DNA from: Candidatus Iainarchaeum sp.
Lineage (GTDB): Archaea; Iainarchaeota; Iainarchaeia; Iainarchaeales; CSSED10-239
Assembly (NCBI GenBank): GCA_028700115.1
Contig: JAQVTI010000012.1
Coordinates: 1-30,890 of the forward strand
Reading direction: 5' to 3'
Length of the DNA: 30,890 bases
A program made the translations under genes and the position numbers. Within the stretch, counting starts at the first letter, position 1; each line of letters begins with the position of its first letter. The notes below the pieces were generated by a model, which was given only the letters and a program-made list of their open reading frames with translations, ran no database searches and was not told where the DNA came from. Positions 1 through 9,310 of the stretch are shown here, in pieces.

Positions 1-107
1 TTTAAAACAATAACAACCAAAGCTAAAGATATTAAAATTATTAAAACGGTTGCGATCAATGGACTTATAGATTTGGATTTTGAAAAGGGTAAAAAGTTTA
101 AAAACAT
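1..107 (-). CDS. Archaeal type IV pilin-like protein, 5' end only (continues past left edge)
   Basis: Minus-strand ATG near 107 translates MFLNFLPFSKSKSISPLIATVLIILISLALVVIVL... This matches the K-[GS]-ISPLIATVL class III signal and N-terminal helix of the pilin paralogs at 14648-16190. It is too short for the ORF track. Hand-counted coordinates. Confidence 0.6.
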   Translation of the reverse strand, partial: MFLNFLPFSKSKSISPLIATVLIILISLALVVIVL

Positions 108-204
108 AAGTTATCAAAAATAATATTTAAGAAAAAGTTTAAATAAGTATGGTTTTAGGGTATTTAAAAAAAAATAAAAAAACTAAGAAAAAAGAAAAAT
201 AAAT

Positions 205-1776
205 TTAAATAAAAGCAGAAACATCTTTATCTTTAGACATTTTAAAGTCAAGATATGATTTTGAAAGAGAACTTAAAGTTACATCTAAGCAAGAATCAAT
301 AGAATTCTTTTTTCTAACTTTAAAAAATACAGGATAAGAAGAAGCTTCTCCTACAATTAAAGCTTCTCCAACTCTTAAAGAAGTAATCATATCCATAGAT
401 TTTTGATCAAGACCTTCTGAAGATTGAGCTATATGATTTAAATCATATGGATTTGTAATTCTTAAAATTATATGAGTATTTGCTTGAGATAAAACAGTAG
501 TAGATAAATGAACAGGTCTTTGTGAAATTAAACAAATACAAGCACCAAATTTTCTACCTTCCCGTGCAATTGTTTCTAAAATACCTTTTGCAAGTGCTTT
601 ATCTCTACTTGCACTTTCAGGAGCAAATTGATGTGCTTCTTCTACAACTAAAAGAAATGGAGGTACAATAACATTACTGTTTACTCTTGCATAAAAAAGT
701 TTATGTGCAAAATAATATAAAATAATTTGTTTCTTTTTTTTATTAATCTCTTTAGAAATATCTATAATAGTTAAATTATTTAAAGAAACAATATCAAAGA
801 TAGAAGGAAAATCAATTTTTCCAAAAAGTTTATAAGAATCAAGTTCATACAAAGCAGAAATTAAAATAGAAGAAATATTTTCTTTAATATCAGAAGAATT
901 TATTTCTTTAATAATATCTTTTAAATCAAAAGGCCCAGCACCATGCTTTTTATCTTCTTGAAGTTTAGAAATAATTTTAGAAAGTTCTCTTTTTTGAGCA
1001 TGAGATAAATTTGGAAGAAGAGAATAATAAAATTCAGCAGAAAGACTACTACAACCAATTTTAATATCTTTTGAATTAATTTTTTTAGTTTTAAATGAAT
1101 AATCTTTATAATTTAAATTATTAGAATTATTAGAAGAAGACAAAACTTCAGAAAAATGAGAATATTCACCATGAGTATCAAAAAGAATAGTTGCAACACC
1201 TCCTTTTTCTTCAGGTCTACTTAATAATTCTTCTAAAAGAACAGATGTAAGATAACTTTTACCAGCCCCAGATTGTGCTAAAATTGCAAGATGTTTTTGT
1301 AATAATCTATTAATATCAAATTTAACTTCTAAAGAAGGATTTTGAATATTACCTAAAAAAATCCCATCTTCTTTCAAATGTAAAAACTTTTTTAAAATAT
1401 TAATATCTGCTAAATATACTTCTTGACCAGGAGATACAGGATAAGTAGACCTTAAAAACATTCCTTCATTAAATACACCTAAAGGTTTTACAACACCTTC
1501 TAAAAATTCCCAATCACTTACAGGAAATTGATCTTTAATATCAATATTATTATTTTCAAATTCTTTTACAGAATCATTGTTTTCAAAATATCTATTTGTT
1601 TTAACAACATCAATAACTAAACCAATTAAAATTCCTTGTTTATATTTTATTTGAATATATTCTCCTTTATGTATTTCTTTATTTACACCTACAAAAGAGA
1701 TTTTTGTAGTTGAAGGAGAATCAATAGTAGAAATAACAATCCCTATTTTTGAATCTTTATTATCCAAAATATCCAT
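205..1776 (-). CDS. herA: HerA-like FtsK/HerA-superfamily ATPase (DUF87)
   Basis: N-terminal HAS-barrel-like segment, Walker A AQSGAGKSY, Walker B LLVVEEAHQF. ATG at 1776 is preferred over the track's TTG at 1785 because AAGGT lies about 9 nt upstream of the ATG. Confidence 0.8.
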   Translation of the reverse strand: MDILDNKDSKIGIVISTIDSPSTTKISFVGVNKEIHKGEYIQIKYKQGILIGLVIDVVKTNRYFENNDSVKEFENNNIDIKDQFPVSDWEFLEGVVKPLGVFNEGMFLRSTYPVSPGQEVYLADINILKKFLHLKEDGIFLGNIQNPSLEVKFDINRLLQKHLAILAQSGAGKSYLTSVLLEELLSRPEEKGGVATILFDTHGEYSHFSEVLSSSNNSNNLNYKDYSFKTKKINSKDIKIGCSSLSAEFYYSLLPNLSHAQKRELSKIISKLQEDKKHGAGPFDLKDIIKEINSSDIKENISSILISALYELDSYKLFGKIDFPSIFDIVSLNNLTIIDISKEINKKKKQIILYYFAHKLFYARVNSNVIVPPFLLVVEEAHQFAPESASRDKALAKGILETIAREGRKFGACICLISQRPVHLSTTVLSQANTHIILRITNPYDLNHIAQSSEGLDQKSMDMITSLRVGEALIVGEASSYPVFFKVRKKNSIDSCLDVTLSSLSKSYLDFKMSKDKDVSAFI

Positions 1777-1822
1777 TTTTAACAAACCTTTTTTATTTTT
1801 AAAAAAATATATAAAAAGAAAA

Positions 1823-2620
1823 TTACCTAATATAATTAGAAGGTGTATCTTCTTTTTTTTCTAAAAGTTTAATATTTTTTGTAATCTCATTAAATGATTC
1901 TTCAATTTTTTTTGAATTTTTATCAATTTTTTTAAGATCTAATTTAAATTTAAATAATTTAGAAATAATTTCTAAAAGTTCCTTAGCAGAACCGTGATCT
2001 CCAAAAGTTAATTTCCCATTAGTTTCACCCATAAAACAAACAGAACTAATTTTATATTGTGTATATGCAATTCCAGGTAAAAGCCCAGCAACACCTGAAA
2101 TTAATGTATCTTTATTATCTTTTTCAAAAAATAAATTTTTTATATTTTTTTTAATAAGTAAATTTTTAGTATTTTCATCACTACAAACAGCTAAAACTTT
2201 TGGTTTATTTTTAATTCTTTTATCTCCTACATTTAAACCTGCAAAAGTATAAATTTCCTTAACTCCTTGCTTTTTAAAAAAATCTGCAAGCTTTTGAGAA
2301 AATTCGTAATGATCAGAAGAATTTAAAATATTCCCTAAAGCAGGCTGAACAGGTCCTACTAAAAAAAGATAATCTTGTGTTTTTGTAGAATAAATATATA
2401 TTTCATCATGAATAAGTTCAAAAATAGAATTTTTAGTATGAATTGCTTGAGGAAATTTATCAGAATAAATATTTGCAAAAAGTTTTGGTTTTGGAGAAAG
2501 TTCTTTAGATAAATAATCTACACTTATTTTCCCAACAAGACCAATTCCAGGAAGCCCAACAAAAACTATTGGTTTTTTTAATTTTTTAGGTTTTAATATA
2601 AGATCTATATTTGTTGCCAT
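1823..2620 (-). CDS. PAC2-family proteasome assembly chaperone-like protein
   Basis: 265 aa. N-terminus KPIVFVGLPGIGLVGKIS is typical of the PAC2 (COG1938-like) family. AAGGTG SD sits 5 nt upstream of the ATG. Confidence 0.65.
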   Translation of the reverse strand: MATNIDLILKPKKLKKPIVFVGLPGIGLVGKISVDYLSKELSPKPKLFANIYSDKFPQAIHTKNSIFELIHDEIYIYSTKTQDYLFLVGPVQPALGNILNSSDHYEFSQKLADFFKKQGVKEIYTFAGLNVGDKRIKNKPKVLAVCSDENTKNLLIKKNIKNLFFEKDNKDTLISGVAGLLPGIAYTQYKISSVCFMGETNGKLTFGDHGSAKELLEIISKLFKFKLDLKKIDKNSKKIEESFNEITKNIKLLEKKEDTPSNYIR

Positions 2621-2677
2621 AAAAACACCTTTTTTAAAATAATTTTATTAAATGTTAAAAAATAATTTATATAAAAA

Positions 2678-3445
2678 TTATTTTTTAGTATCATCTTTTT
2701 TAATAATTTCTAAATTTGAAGAATTTTTAAACTCTTTAGATAAATCTTTTGAAATATTTTCAAAGCTTTTTGCAGCAAGTTTAAAGTCTTTACCAATAAC
2801 TTTTAAATCATATACCCCAGGTCCAGAATAATAAATTTGTGCATTTGGATATTGTTTTAAAATTTTTTGAAAAACTTTTTTTATAATTTCAATTCCTTCT
2901 TCTTTTAAACAATGCACTTTAATTATCCCATAAATAAATTTATTTTTAATAGTAATATTTTTAGAAAGTTCATCAAATAAAATTTGATGATATTTTTTAT
3001 CAATATTATATGTTTCAAAACCATATCTTAAAATATTAATAAAACCCTTATAAAGTTCATCATCTTTTTCTAAAATAGGCTCAGCAATATCTTCCCAAGC
3101 CTTCTCATTTGAAATATTTAAATTTTGTGCAATAATTCCAAGTAAACTTTGAGCTCTTAAAGCAAGTCTATATTCTGAAATTTTTCTCTTTTCATCTTGA
3201 CTTGTAACCCTACTTAAAGATAAATCTATATGGTTTTTTTCAAAATCAATCTTTAAAACTTTTGCAGCTCTCATTTGATTTGGTTTTACATGATTGTGTA
3301 TATTTTTAATCCATGTTGAAGAAACTTGAGAAATATGAACAAATCCTTCACAACCGTCATATTCTAATAAATCAATAAATACCCCAAAATCAGTAATTTT
3401 TGTAACCTTTCCTATAATAATTTCATTAATTTCTGGATAATTCAT
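2678..3445 (-). CDS. eif2a: Translation initiation factor aIF2 alpha subunit
   Basis: N-terminal S1 domain (GKVTKITDFGVFIDLLEYDGCEGFVHISQVS) followed by helical and alpha-beta C-terminal regions. Length 255 aa. AAGGTG SD upstream. Confidence 0.9.
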   Translation of the reverse strand: MNYPEINEIIIGKVTKITDFGVFIDLLEYDGCEGFVHISQVSSTWIKNIHNHVKPNQMRAAKVLKIDFEKNHIDLSLSRVTSQDEKRKISEYRLALRAQSLLGIIAQNLNISNEKAWEDIAEPILEKDDELYKGFINILRYGFETYNIDKKYHQILFDELSKNITIKNKFIYGIIKVHCLKEEGIEIIKKVFQKILKQYPNAQIYYSGPGVYDLKVIGKDFKLAAKSFENISKDLSKEFKNSSNLEIIKKDDTKK

Positions 3446-3487
3446 ATATACACCTTTTTTAATTTACATAATTTAATTTTATAAAAA

Positions 3488-4051
3488 TTAATCAATAACC
3501 TCAATAATATTTTTAGACTCTAAAAGTTTACAGACATCTTCAGGAAGTTCACAAATTTGATCCTTTTCATAAGGTCCATATTCTTTTAAATCTCCACCAA
3601 TAAAAGCAGGGATTTCTTGTAAAAATTTAACTTTTAATAAATCTTTTACATTCTTAATATCTGCTTTTTTAATACCCATTATTGATTGAGTTTGATCATT
3701 TTGTTTATCTATTAATTTAATAATACCTTTTGCAAAATCTAATTCAAAATCAATAAGCCCATCTTCAGAAAAATCATTAGTTCTACTATACATTAAGCAA
3801 AGATTCAAACATTTTTTTAATCTAATTTCTCTTATTTTTTCAACCATTTGTTTAATAGTTTCTAATCTTTTAATATTTCTTGCAGAAAAAGAATCTTTCA
3901 TTTCTTGAGCATATTTTTTTCTTTCATCTATTAAAAATCTTTTTAACTCTTTATAAAAATCAGGATCTAATTTAGACAATAAAGGAGATTTAGTTTCTAA
4001 TCTATATACTTTTCTAAGTTCATCAATATCTAAAATATAATTTTCACTCAA
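3488..4051 (-). CDS. GINS subunit (Gins51/Gins15-like)
   Basis: 187-aa helical protein resembling archaeal GINS. Its start overlaps the priS stop by 8 nt, and priS-gins51 operon linkage is well known in archaea. Confidence 0.6.
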   Translation of the reverse strand: MSENYILDIDELRKVYRLETKSPLLSKLDPDFYKELKRFLIDERKKYAQEMKDSFSARNIKRLETIKQMVEKIREIRLKKCLNLCLMYSRTNDFSEDGLIDFELDFAKGIIKLIDKQNDQTQSIMGIKKADIKNVKDLLKVKFLQEIPAFIGGDLKEYGPYEKDQICELPEDVCKLLESKNIIEVID

Positions 4052-5288
4052 AGTTAGCCACTCCCTTTAAAATTAAAAAAATTGCAACATATTCTTTTAC
4101 TTCAATTATTTGATTTTTTTCAAAAGGTCCATAAAATTGATCTTTCAATCTAAATTTAGGGGTTATATGATTTAATTTAATTTTTTTAAAACTATCACCT
4201 AAAATAATAGGATCTGAAAATGCATCAAAATTTTTTAAATCATCTACAGATTTTATATAACTTGATAAAAACCCAGAACCACCATGAATAGTATCTGGAA
4301 CTCTCATTATTTTATAAATATCTGAAGAAGATTGGGGATCAATTTTTAATCTTATACACATTACACAAAAATTAATAACATCTTTCCAAAAAATATTTGC
4401 ATCAGTAAAATCATTCCAAAGTATATTATTATGATACAACTTCTTTAAAATAACTTCTTTATTTTTAAAAATAATATTTGCTTTCCTTTTACTTATATTA
4501 AAATTTTTAGAAAATAAATCAACATCATAAAAACTTATAATTTCTACTAATTTTTCTAAAATCTTTTTACTCCATCCATTAGAATCTATTTTTGGGGTTT
4601 TAAAAGTTTTATTTTCTAAAACAAAACCAAGTTTTTCTATATTAAGATCATTTCCTAAAATATAATTCATAAGTTCTAATCTAGAAGACTTTGAAAGAGA
4701 AATAATTGATTTATCAGTAATTCTTAAATGATATCCTTTAGAACCAGAAAAACTAATTATAAAAGTAGAAGAATCTAAATTAAAATCATTTTCTAAAAAT
4801 TCAATTAATCTAATAGTTTCTTCTTTAGCTTTATTTAAACAAACATCACAAGTCCATTGAATAATTTTAGTTTGAAAATTACAATATGGACATCTTTCTA
4901 AATTCCCAAAACCTTCTTTTTGACAAGAAGGATTTTGACAAACCCAGACATTATGTTTATCATGGCATGGCAAATCAAAATCATCTGAATCAAATTCATA
5001 AACAATATCTGCTCCATACCATTGTTTATTTTCCATTGGTCTTCTATCTGGAAATTTATAATAACCAACAGAATATGATACAAAAAAAGGAGTTTTTATA
5101 ACTAAATATTTATTAAAATCATCTAGATTTTTAAAAAACAGATGCCTAGAACTAATTTTTTTACCAAAATCCCCTATACCAAATTCTCTTTTAGAAACAT
5201 CTATAATTTTAGAAACATAGTTTTGCATGTAAAAATCTTTAAATTTCTGTCTAATATAATTTATTGTAAAAAAAGAATTTTTAGGCAT
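4044..5288 (-). CDS. priS: DNA primase small (catalytic) subunit PriS
   Basis: AEP primase motifs: EFDSDD (DxD), SGSKGYHLRI, and a zinc-binding insert CQNPSC...CPYC. Confidence 0.9.
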   Translation of the reverse strand: MPKNSFFTINYIRQKFKDFYMQNYVSKIIDVSKREFGIGDFGKKISSRHLFFKNLDDFNKYLVIKTPFFVSYSVGYYKFPDRRPMENKQWYGADIVYEFDSDDFDLPCHDKHNVWVCQNPSCQKEGFGNLERCPYCNFQTKIIQWTCDVCLNKAKEETIRLIEFLENDFNLDSSTFIISFSGSKGYHLRITDKSIISLSKSSRLELMNYILGNDLNIEKLGFVLENKTFKTPKIDSNGWSKKILEKLVEIISFYDVDLFSKNFNISKRKANIIFKNKEVILKKLYHNNILWNDFTDANIFWKDVINFCVMCIRLKIDPQSSSDIYKIMRVPDTIHGGSGFLSSYIKSVDDLKNFDAFSDPIILGDSFKKIKLNHITPKFRLKDQFYGPFEKNQIIEVKEYVAIFLILKGVANFE

Positions 5289-5327
5289 AATATATATTAT
5301 ATAAGAAAGAAATAAAAATATAGTTTT

Positions 5328-5519
5328 TTAATATAAAACCATAAATTTACAAGAATAACCTAAAGTTAAAAAACTTTGACCCCAAGCAGTTGCTGTAGCT
5401 TGACAATTTACAGTAGAAATATTTGTATTTTTAAAAATATAAATAAGAATAACAACATTTGAAACACCCCATTGATTAATATTAGGAAATGCTGTAATAT
5501 TATTATTTTCAAAAAACAC
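5328..5519 (-). CDS. Hypothetical small protein, possibly 5'-extended or a decayed membrane/pilin-like gene
   Basis: 63-aa GTG-start ORF. By my reading the same frame stays open upstream to the rad50 stop and encodes a TM-like helix (KKVIFLLIITVLIVLVYVVLIAGII), but no ATG/GTG/TTG precedes it. Confidence 0.25.
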   Translation of the reverse strand: MFFENNNITAFPNINQWGVSNVVILIYIFKNTNISTVNCQATATAWGQSFLTLGYSCKFMVLY

Positions 5520-5672
5520 ATAAAAAGAAATAATTCCTGCAATTAAAACTACATAAACTAAAACAATTAAAACAGTTATAATTAACAGAAAAATTACTTT
5601 TTTATTAAAAATATATTTTAAATTTCTAAAAAAATATAAACAAAGTAAAAAAATAAATTTATAAAAATAAAT

Positions 5673-7964
5673 TTATTTAATAATTGAAACACCATCAACT
5701 TCTTTATTTCTCTCAATAACTATTTTATTTGCATTAAGTGTATTTAATAATTCAGAATCATGAGTTATTATAAAAATTTGATCTACAAGATTAGGAAGTT
5801 GCTTTTCTAAGGTTTTTGAAAGAAGTAATACACTTTCTTTATCTAAATTATGAGTTGGTTCATCAAGAATAATTAAACCTAAACTTTCTGTTAAAACTAA
5901 AGAAATTGCAATTCTTATAGCAAGAGATGCACAACTTCGTTCACCACCACTTAATAATCCTTCTACTCTAATCCAATCATTTTTTAAAGTTTTAACTTCT
6001 AAAATATAATCATTTTCAGATCTAAGTCTTGCAGAAATAAAATCTTTATAAGCGTATATTTTTGGCCAAATAATATTTAATACACTATTAATATTATCTA
6101 TTAATACTTTTCTTAATTGAAATTGACTATTTTCTAAAGACTTTAAAAAATGAGAAATATCTTGTAACTTTAATTCTAGTTCATATTTTTGGTCAAAAGA
6201 TTGTTTTTGTTTAAATATTAAAGAATCATAAATATTTTTTTCTTTAGTTATTGACGATAATAGATCTTTATAAAGATTAATTTGTTTAACATTTTCTTTA
6301 AATATTAAATCTTGTGACATAATTTTAGAATTTAAAGAAATATATTCATTTTCATCAAAACAATTTTTAGAAAAAAGTAAATTTATATTTTCAAGATCTT
6401 TTTTAAACTTTTCAAAATTATTTAAATCTTTTAAATAATCTTCAAAGGATATTTTTAAAGAAATTAAAGAATCTATTTCTTTTTCAAAAACAGATAAATC
6501 TTTAATTTCAGGAATATCTTTTAAAAGTTTTAAAGAAGAATCTAAATTATTTTTTAAATTATTCAAAGAAATTTCATAAGAAGAAATATTTTTTAATAAA
6601 ATTTCATTTTGCTCAATTTTTTTTAAATAAGACAAATTTAAATTTAAATTATTAGTTATTTCATCGATTTGTTTTTGAATATTAATTAAATTATCATTTA
6701 AAAAAACTAAAGACTTATCTTTTTCAATAATCATAGAATTAATTTGCTCAGAACTAATTTTAGAATCACATACAGGACATTTTGAAAAACCTTTTTTTAA
6801 TTCTAAAATAGATTTTTCTAAAATATTAATTTCATTTAAATAATTATATTTTTTTTCTTTTAAAAATAACAACTTTTTTTCAAAAGAATCCACAATATCT
6901 TTAAAATAAAAAATATCTTTATCAATTTTAAAAAGATTATCTTTTTCAATAGATATTTTTTTTAAAAAAATAGAAATTTCTTTTTCATAAAAAGAAACTT
7001 TATTTTCAAGATCTTTTCTTTTTAAGAAAATAGAATTATTTTTATTTTTTTCTAATAAAAGCTGTTCTTTTTTATTAAAAAGAGATTTATCTAAATCATT
7101 AATTTTATTTTTAACATCAAAAACATTTTTAGAAAAATTAAAAGAATTAATTTTATTTTCATAAGAAGAAATATTTTCTTTTAAAACATTTATTTTTAAT
7201 TTTAAAAAATCATATTCTTTTTTTAGAACTATTAAAAATTTTAATTTATCTTTTAAAATATTATTTTCTTCTAAAATTAAATCTTTATTTTTTTCAAGAA
7301 AATCAATTTTATCAAAATATTTTTTCATTTTTTCTGTGATTAATAAAATATCATAATTTTTTATTTGATCACTATATTGATTATATAATAAATATAATTT
7401 ATCAACTTCTGTTTTTAAAAAATTATTAAGTTTTCTTATAAGTTCTTTCATATCTTCAAAATGAGAAATCCCAAACAAATCATCAAAAGTTTCTTTTCTT
7501 TTTGAAGGAGGAATTTTTAAAAAATAGTCAATTTCATTTTGTTCAGAATACACTATTTTTGAAAAAAAGCTATAATCAATTTTTAAAATTTCAAAAATTT
7601 TACTATTTACATCAGACTGTTTTGGTCCTGCAATTAATTTATTATCTGCATATAATTTTGCAATAGATGGTTTTGAAGATAAATAAATTTCTCTATGAAC
7701 AGAATAATTAATATTATTTATTTCAAATTCTAAAATAATTTTTGAAAAATCTTTTAAATTTGGTTTAAACATAATGTTTTCTACTAAAGAAAGTCTTCTG
7801 TTATTTAAAGAAGGAAATAAACCATATAATGCAAAACAAATTGCATCAGAAATACTAGATTTACCACTACCAATTGATCCAAGAATAATATTTGATCCTT
7901 TTTGAAAGAATATTTTTGAATCTAAATGTGTTTTCCAATTTTCTAAATAAATAGATTTAATCAT
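5673..7964 (-). CDS. rad50: DNA double-strand break repair ATPase Rad50
   Basis: Walker A GSIGSGKSS, long coiled coil, zinc hook CPVC, signature LSGGERS, Walker B LIILDEPT. Start moved to MIKSIYLENW (M18 of the track ORF), the usual Rad50 N-terminus. Confidence 0.9.
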   Translation of the reverse strand: MIKSIYLENWKTHLDSKIFFQKGSNIILGSIGSGKSSISDAICFALYGLFPSLNNRRLSLVENIMFKPNLKDFSKIILEFEINNINYSVHREIYLSSKPSIAKLYADNKLIAGPKQSDVNSKIFEILKIDYSFFSKIVYSEQNEIDYFLKIPPSKRKETFDDLFGISHFEDMKELIRKLNNFLKTEVDKLYLLYNQYSDQIKNYDILLITEKMKKYFDKIDFLEKNKDLILEENNILKDKLKFLIVLKKEYDFLKLKINVLKENISSYENKINSFNFSKNVFDVKNKINDLDKSLFNKKEQLLLEKNKNNSIFLKRKDLENKVSFYEKEISIFLKKISIEKDNLFKIDKDIFYFKDIVDSFEKKLLFLKEKKYNYLNEINILEKSILELKKGFSKCPVCDSKISSEQINSMIIEKDKSLVFLNDNLINIQKQIDEITNNLNLNLSYLKKIEQNEILLKNISSYEISLNNLKNNLDSSLKLLKDIPEIKDLSVFEKEIDSLISLKISFEDYLKDLNNFEKFKKDLENINLLFSKNCFDENEYISLNSKIMSQDLIFKENVKQINLYKDLLSSITKEKNIYDSLIFKQKQSFDQKYELELKLQDISHFLKSLENSQFQLRKVLIDNINSVLNIIWPKIYAYKDFISARLRSENDYILEVKTLKNDWIRVEGLLSGGERSCASLAIRIAISLVLTESLGLIILDEPTHNLDKESVLLLSKTLEKQLPNLVDQIFIITHDSELLNTLNANKIVIERNKEVDGVSIIK

Positions 7965-8084
7965 TAATAAATATAATATAAAAAAAGAATATAAAAGTAA
8001 CTGATAAATAAACAAAAATAAAATATACCTTAAAAAACAAAAATAAGTAAATTTAAAAATGATATCTATCTTAAAATATATTAT

Positions 8085-8285
8085 ATGAAATTAAAAGAAA
8101 AACTAAAAAACTTTCTAAAAGAAGAAAAAGCACAACTTTCTGCAGAAATGATTATTTTAATTGCAGCAATTGTTGCAATAATTTTATTAGTTGTTACACA
8201 ATTACAAAAAACTACAAAAAAAGCAAATGAAGCAGTAGATAAAACAACAGATGATGTTTTTAAAAAAATTGAAGAAATCAACTAA
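8085..8285 (+). CDS. Class III signal peptide protein (Epd-type small pilin-like)
   Basis: 66 aa. The sequence KEEKA-QLSAEMIIL fits the Pfam Class_IIIsignal motif QxSxExxxL exactly, followed by a hydrophobic helix and a short polar tail. Confidence 0.7.
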   Translation: MKLKEKLKNFLKEEKAQLSAEMIILIAAIVAIILLVVTQLQKTTKKANEAVDKTTDDVFKKIEEIN

Positions 8286-8313
8286 TAAATTAAAAAATTA
8301 GAAAGTTAATAAA

Positions 8314-8718
8314 ATGATATCCCAAAAAGCACAAATATCACTAGAATATATTCTAATAGCTCTTACAATTTTGTCAGTTTTAAGTATGCTTTCATATCAA
8401 ATTATTACTATTTATAATAAAAATATAGAAACAATAGATAATAAAAAACTAAAAAATCTATACACACAATTACAAGAAAATTTAGATTTTTCTGAAAATA
8501 TGCCTGAATATTATAAAAGTATAACAATTGATACAGAAAAAGAATGGGAAATATATAAATCTGGAAAAGAAATAATTATAATTAACAAATTTAAAAAATA
8601 TTCAATAAATACAAATCAAGATATAAAAATAATTAAAACAAAAATGTTTGATAAAAATAAAATAATCATAAAAAAAACAAATGATATTATTACAATTACT
8701 TTTGAGGATAAAAAATGA
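8314..8718 (+). CDS. Class III signal peptide protein (pilin-like)
   Basis: N-terminus MISQKA-QISLEYILIALTILSVL (QxSxE motif plus hydrophobic helix). 134 aa. Confidence 0.65.
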   Translation: MISQKAQISLEYILIALTILSVLSMLSYQIITIYNKNIETIDNKKLKNLYTQLQENLDFSENMPEYYKSITIDTEKEWEIYKSGKEIIIINKFKKYSINTNQDIKIIKTKMFDKNKIIIKKTNDIITITFEDKK

Positions 8719-9227
8719 ATCTTGAAAAAACACTAAATATTTTGCTTTTTCCAGGAATAACTATACATGAATTAGCACATATTACAGCATGTATACTTTT
8801 AGGGGTTAAAATAAAAAAAACAAAAATATTTGGAATAAATGGAGGTTATGTAGTTTATAATAAAACAAATACTTTTAAAAGTATAATAATTTCATTTTTT
8901 CCATTTATATTCAATATACTTATTTCAATTGCTTGTGTATTTTTAATAAAACAAAATTATTTAACAATATTTAAGATTATATTTATATGGATAGGGGTAT
9001 CTGCATTATATTCATCAGTACCAAGTATACAAGACTCTAAAATAGTTTTTGAAGCTATAAAAAATAGTTATTCTGGGAATGGGATGTTAAAATGGATAAT
9101 AAACCTATTGTTTTTACCATTAACAATAATTGTACTAATATTAGCATTTATTTTTAAAAACTTAGACCAATCTTTCATTTTTAGAATAATTTTAATATGT
9201 GGATGGATTATAATTTATTTTTTATAA
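8715..9227 (+). CDS. Small polytopic membrane protein with HExxH motif (putative minimal intramembrane zinc metalloprotease)
   Basis: The start ATG overlaps the upstream stop (ATGA). HELAH sits in the first hydrophobic segment, and a later SSVPSIQDSKI resembles the NxxPxxxLDG third-ligand motif of the M50/S2P protein at 20589-21218. About 5 predicted TM segments. Confidence 0.55.
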   Translation: MNLEKTLNILLFPGITIHELAHITACILLGVKIKKTKIFGINGGYVVYNKTNTFKSIIISFFPFIFNILISIACVFLIKQNYLTIFKIIFIWIGVSALYSSVPSIQDSKIVFEAIKNSYSGNGMLKWIINLLFLPLTIIVLILAFIFKNLDQSFIFRIILICGWIIIYFL

Positions 9228-9275
9228 CTTTATAAAAAGAAGCTTTTTAATAAAAAATATTATTTATAATTGTTT

Positions 9276-9304
9276 CTATATATTATATATTATAATTAAG
9301 GGGG
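9276..9304 (+). promoter_or_regulatory. TATA-like box (ctatatattatatattataa) plus SD (aaggggg) upstream of pcna
   Basis: AT-alternating TATA-like element 17-35 nt upstream and a G-rich SD 7 nt upstream of the ATG at 9311. Similar tatattata elements sit upstream of the ORF at 11342 and of rpoK. Confidence 0.4.
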
Positions 9305-9310
9305 AATTTT

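Noticed and set aside
1-123. Open plus-strand frame from the window edge (FKTITTKAKDIKIIKTVAINGLIDLDFEKGKKFKNISYQK*)
   Set aside because: It is the antisense shadow of the minus-strand pilin N-terminus, whose match to three paralogs is far more convincing.
205-1785. HerA-like ATPase as the missing pilus assembly ATPase, because a pilin gene follows it
   Set aside because: It has a HAS-barrel plus FtsK/HerA-type core typical of the DNA-repair helicase, not a FlaI/PilB/TadA secretion ATPase. The adjacency is most simply explained by genome compaction.
4886-5101. Track ORFs 4886-5101 (+) and 4898-5083 (-) inside priS
   Set aside because: Both are embedded in the well-supported priS coding region in other frames or on the other strand, with low-complexity products and no SD.
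7965-8015. 17-codon N-terminal extension of rad50 (MFIYQLLLYSFFILYLL)
   Set aside because: It is a hydrophobic, non-homologous extension. Rad50 proteins begin at the MIKSIYLENW-type strand.
8081-8281. Minus-strand 66-aa ORF mirroring the small pilin gene
   Set aside because: The plus-strand product has a perfect QxSxExxxL class III signal motif. The minus-strand product has no recognisable features.
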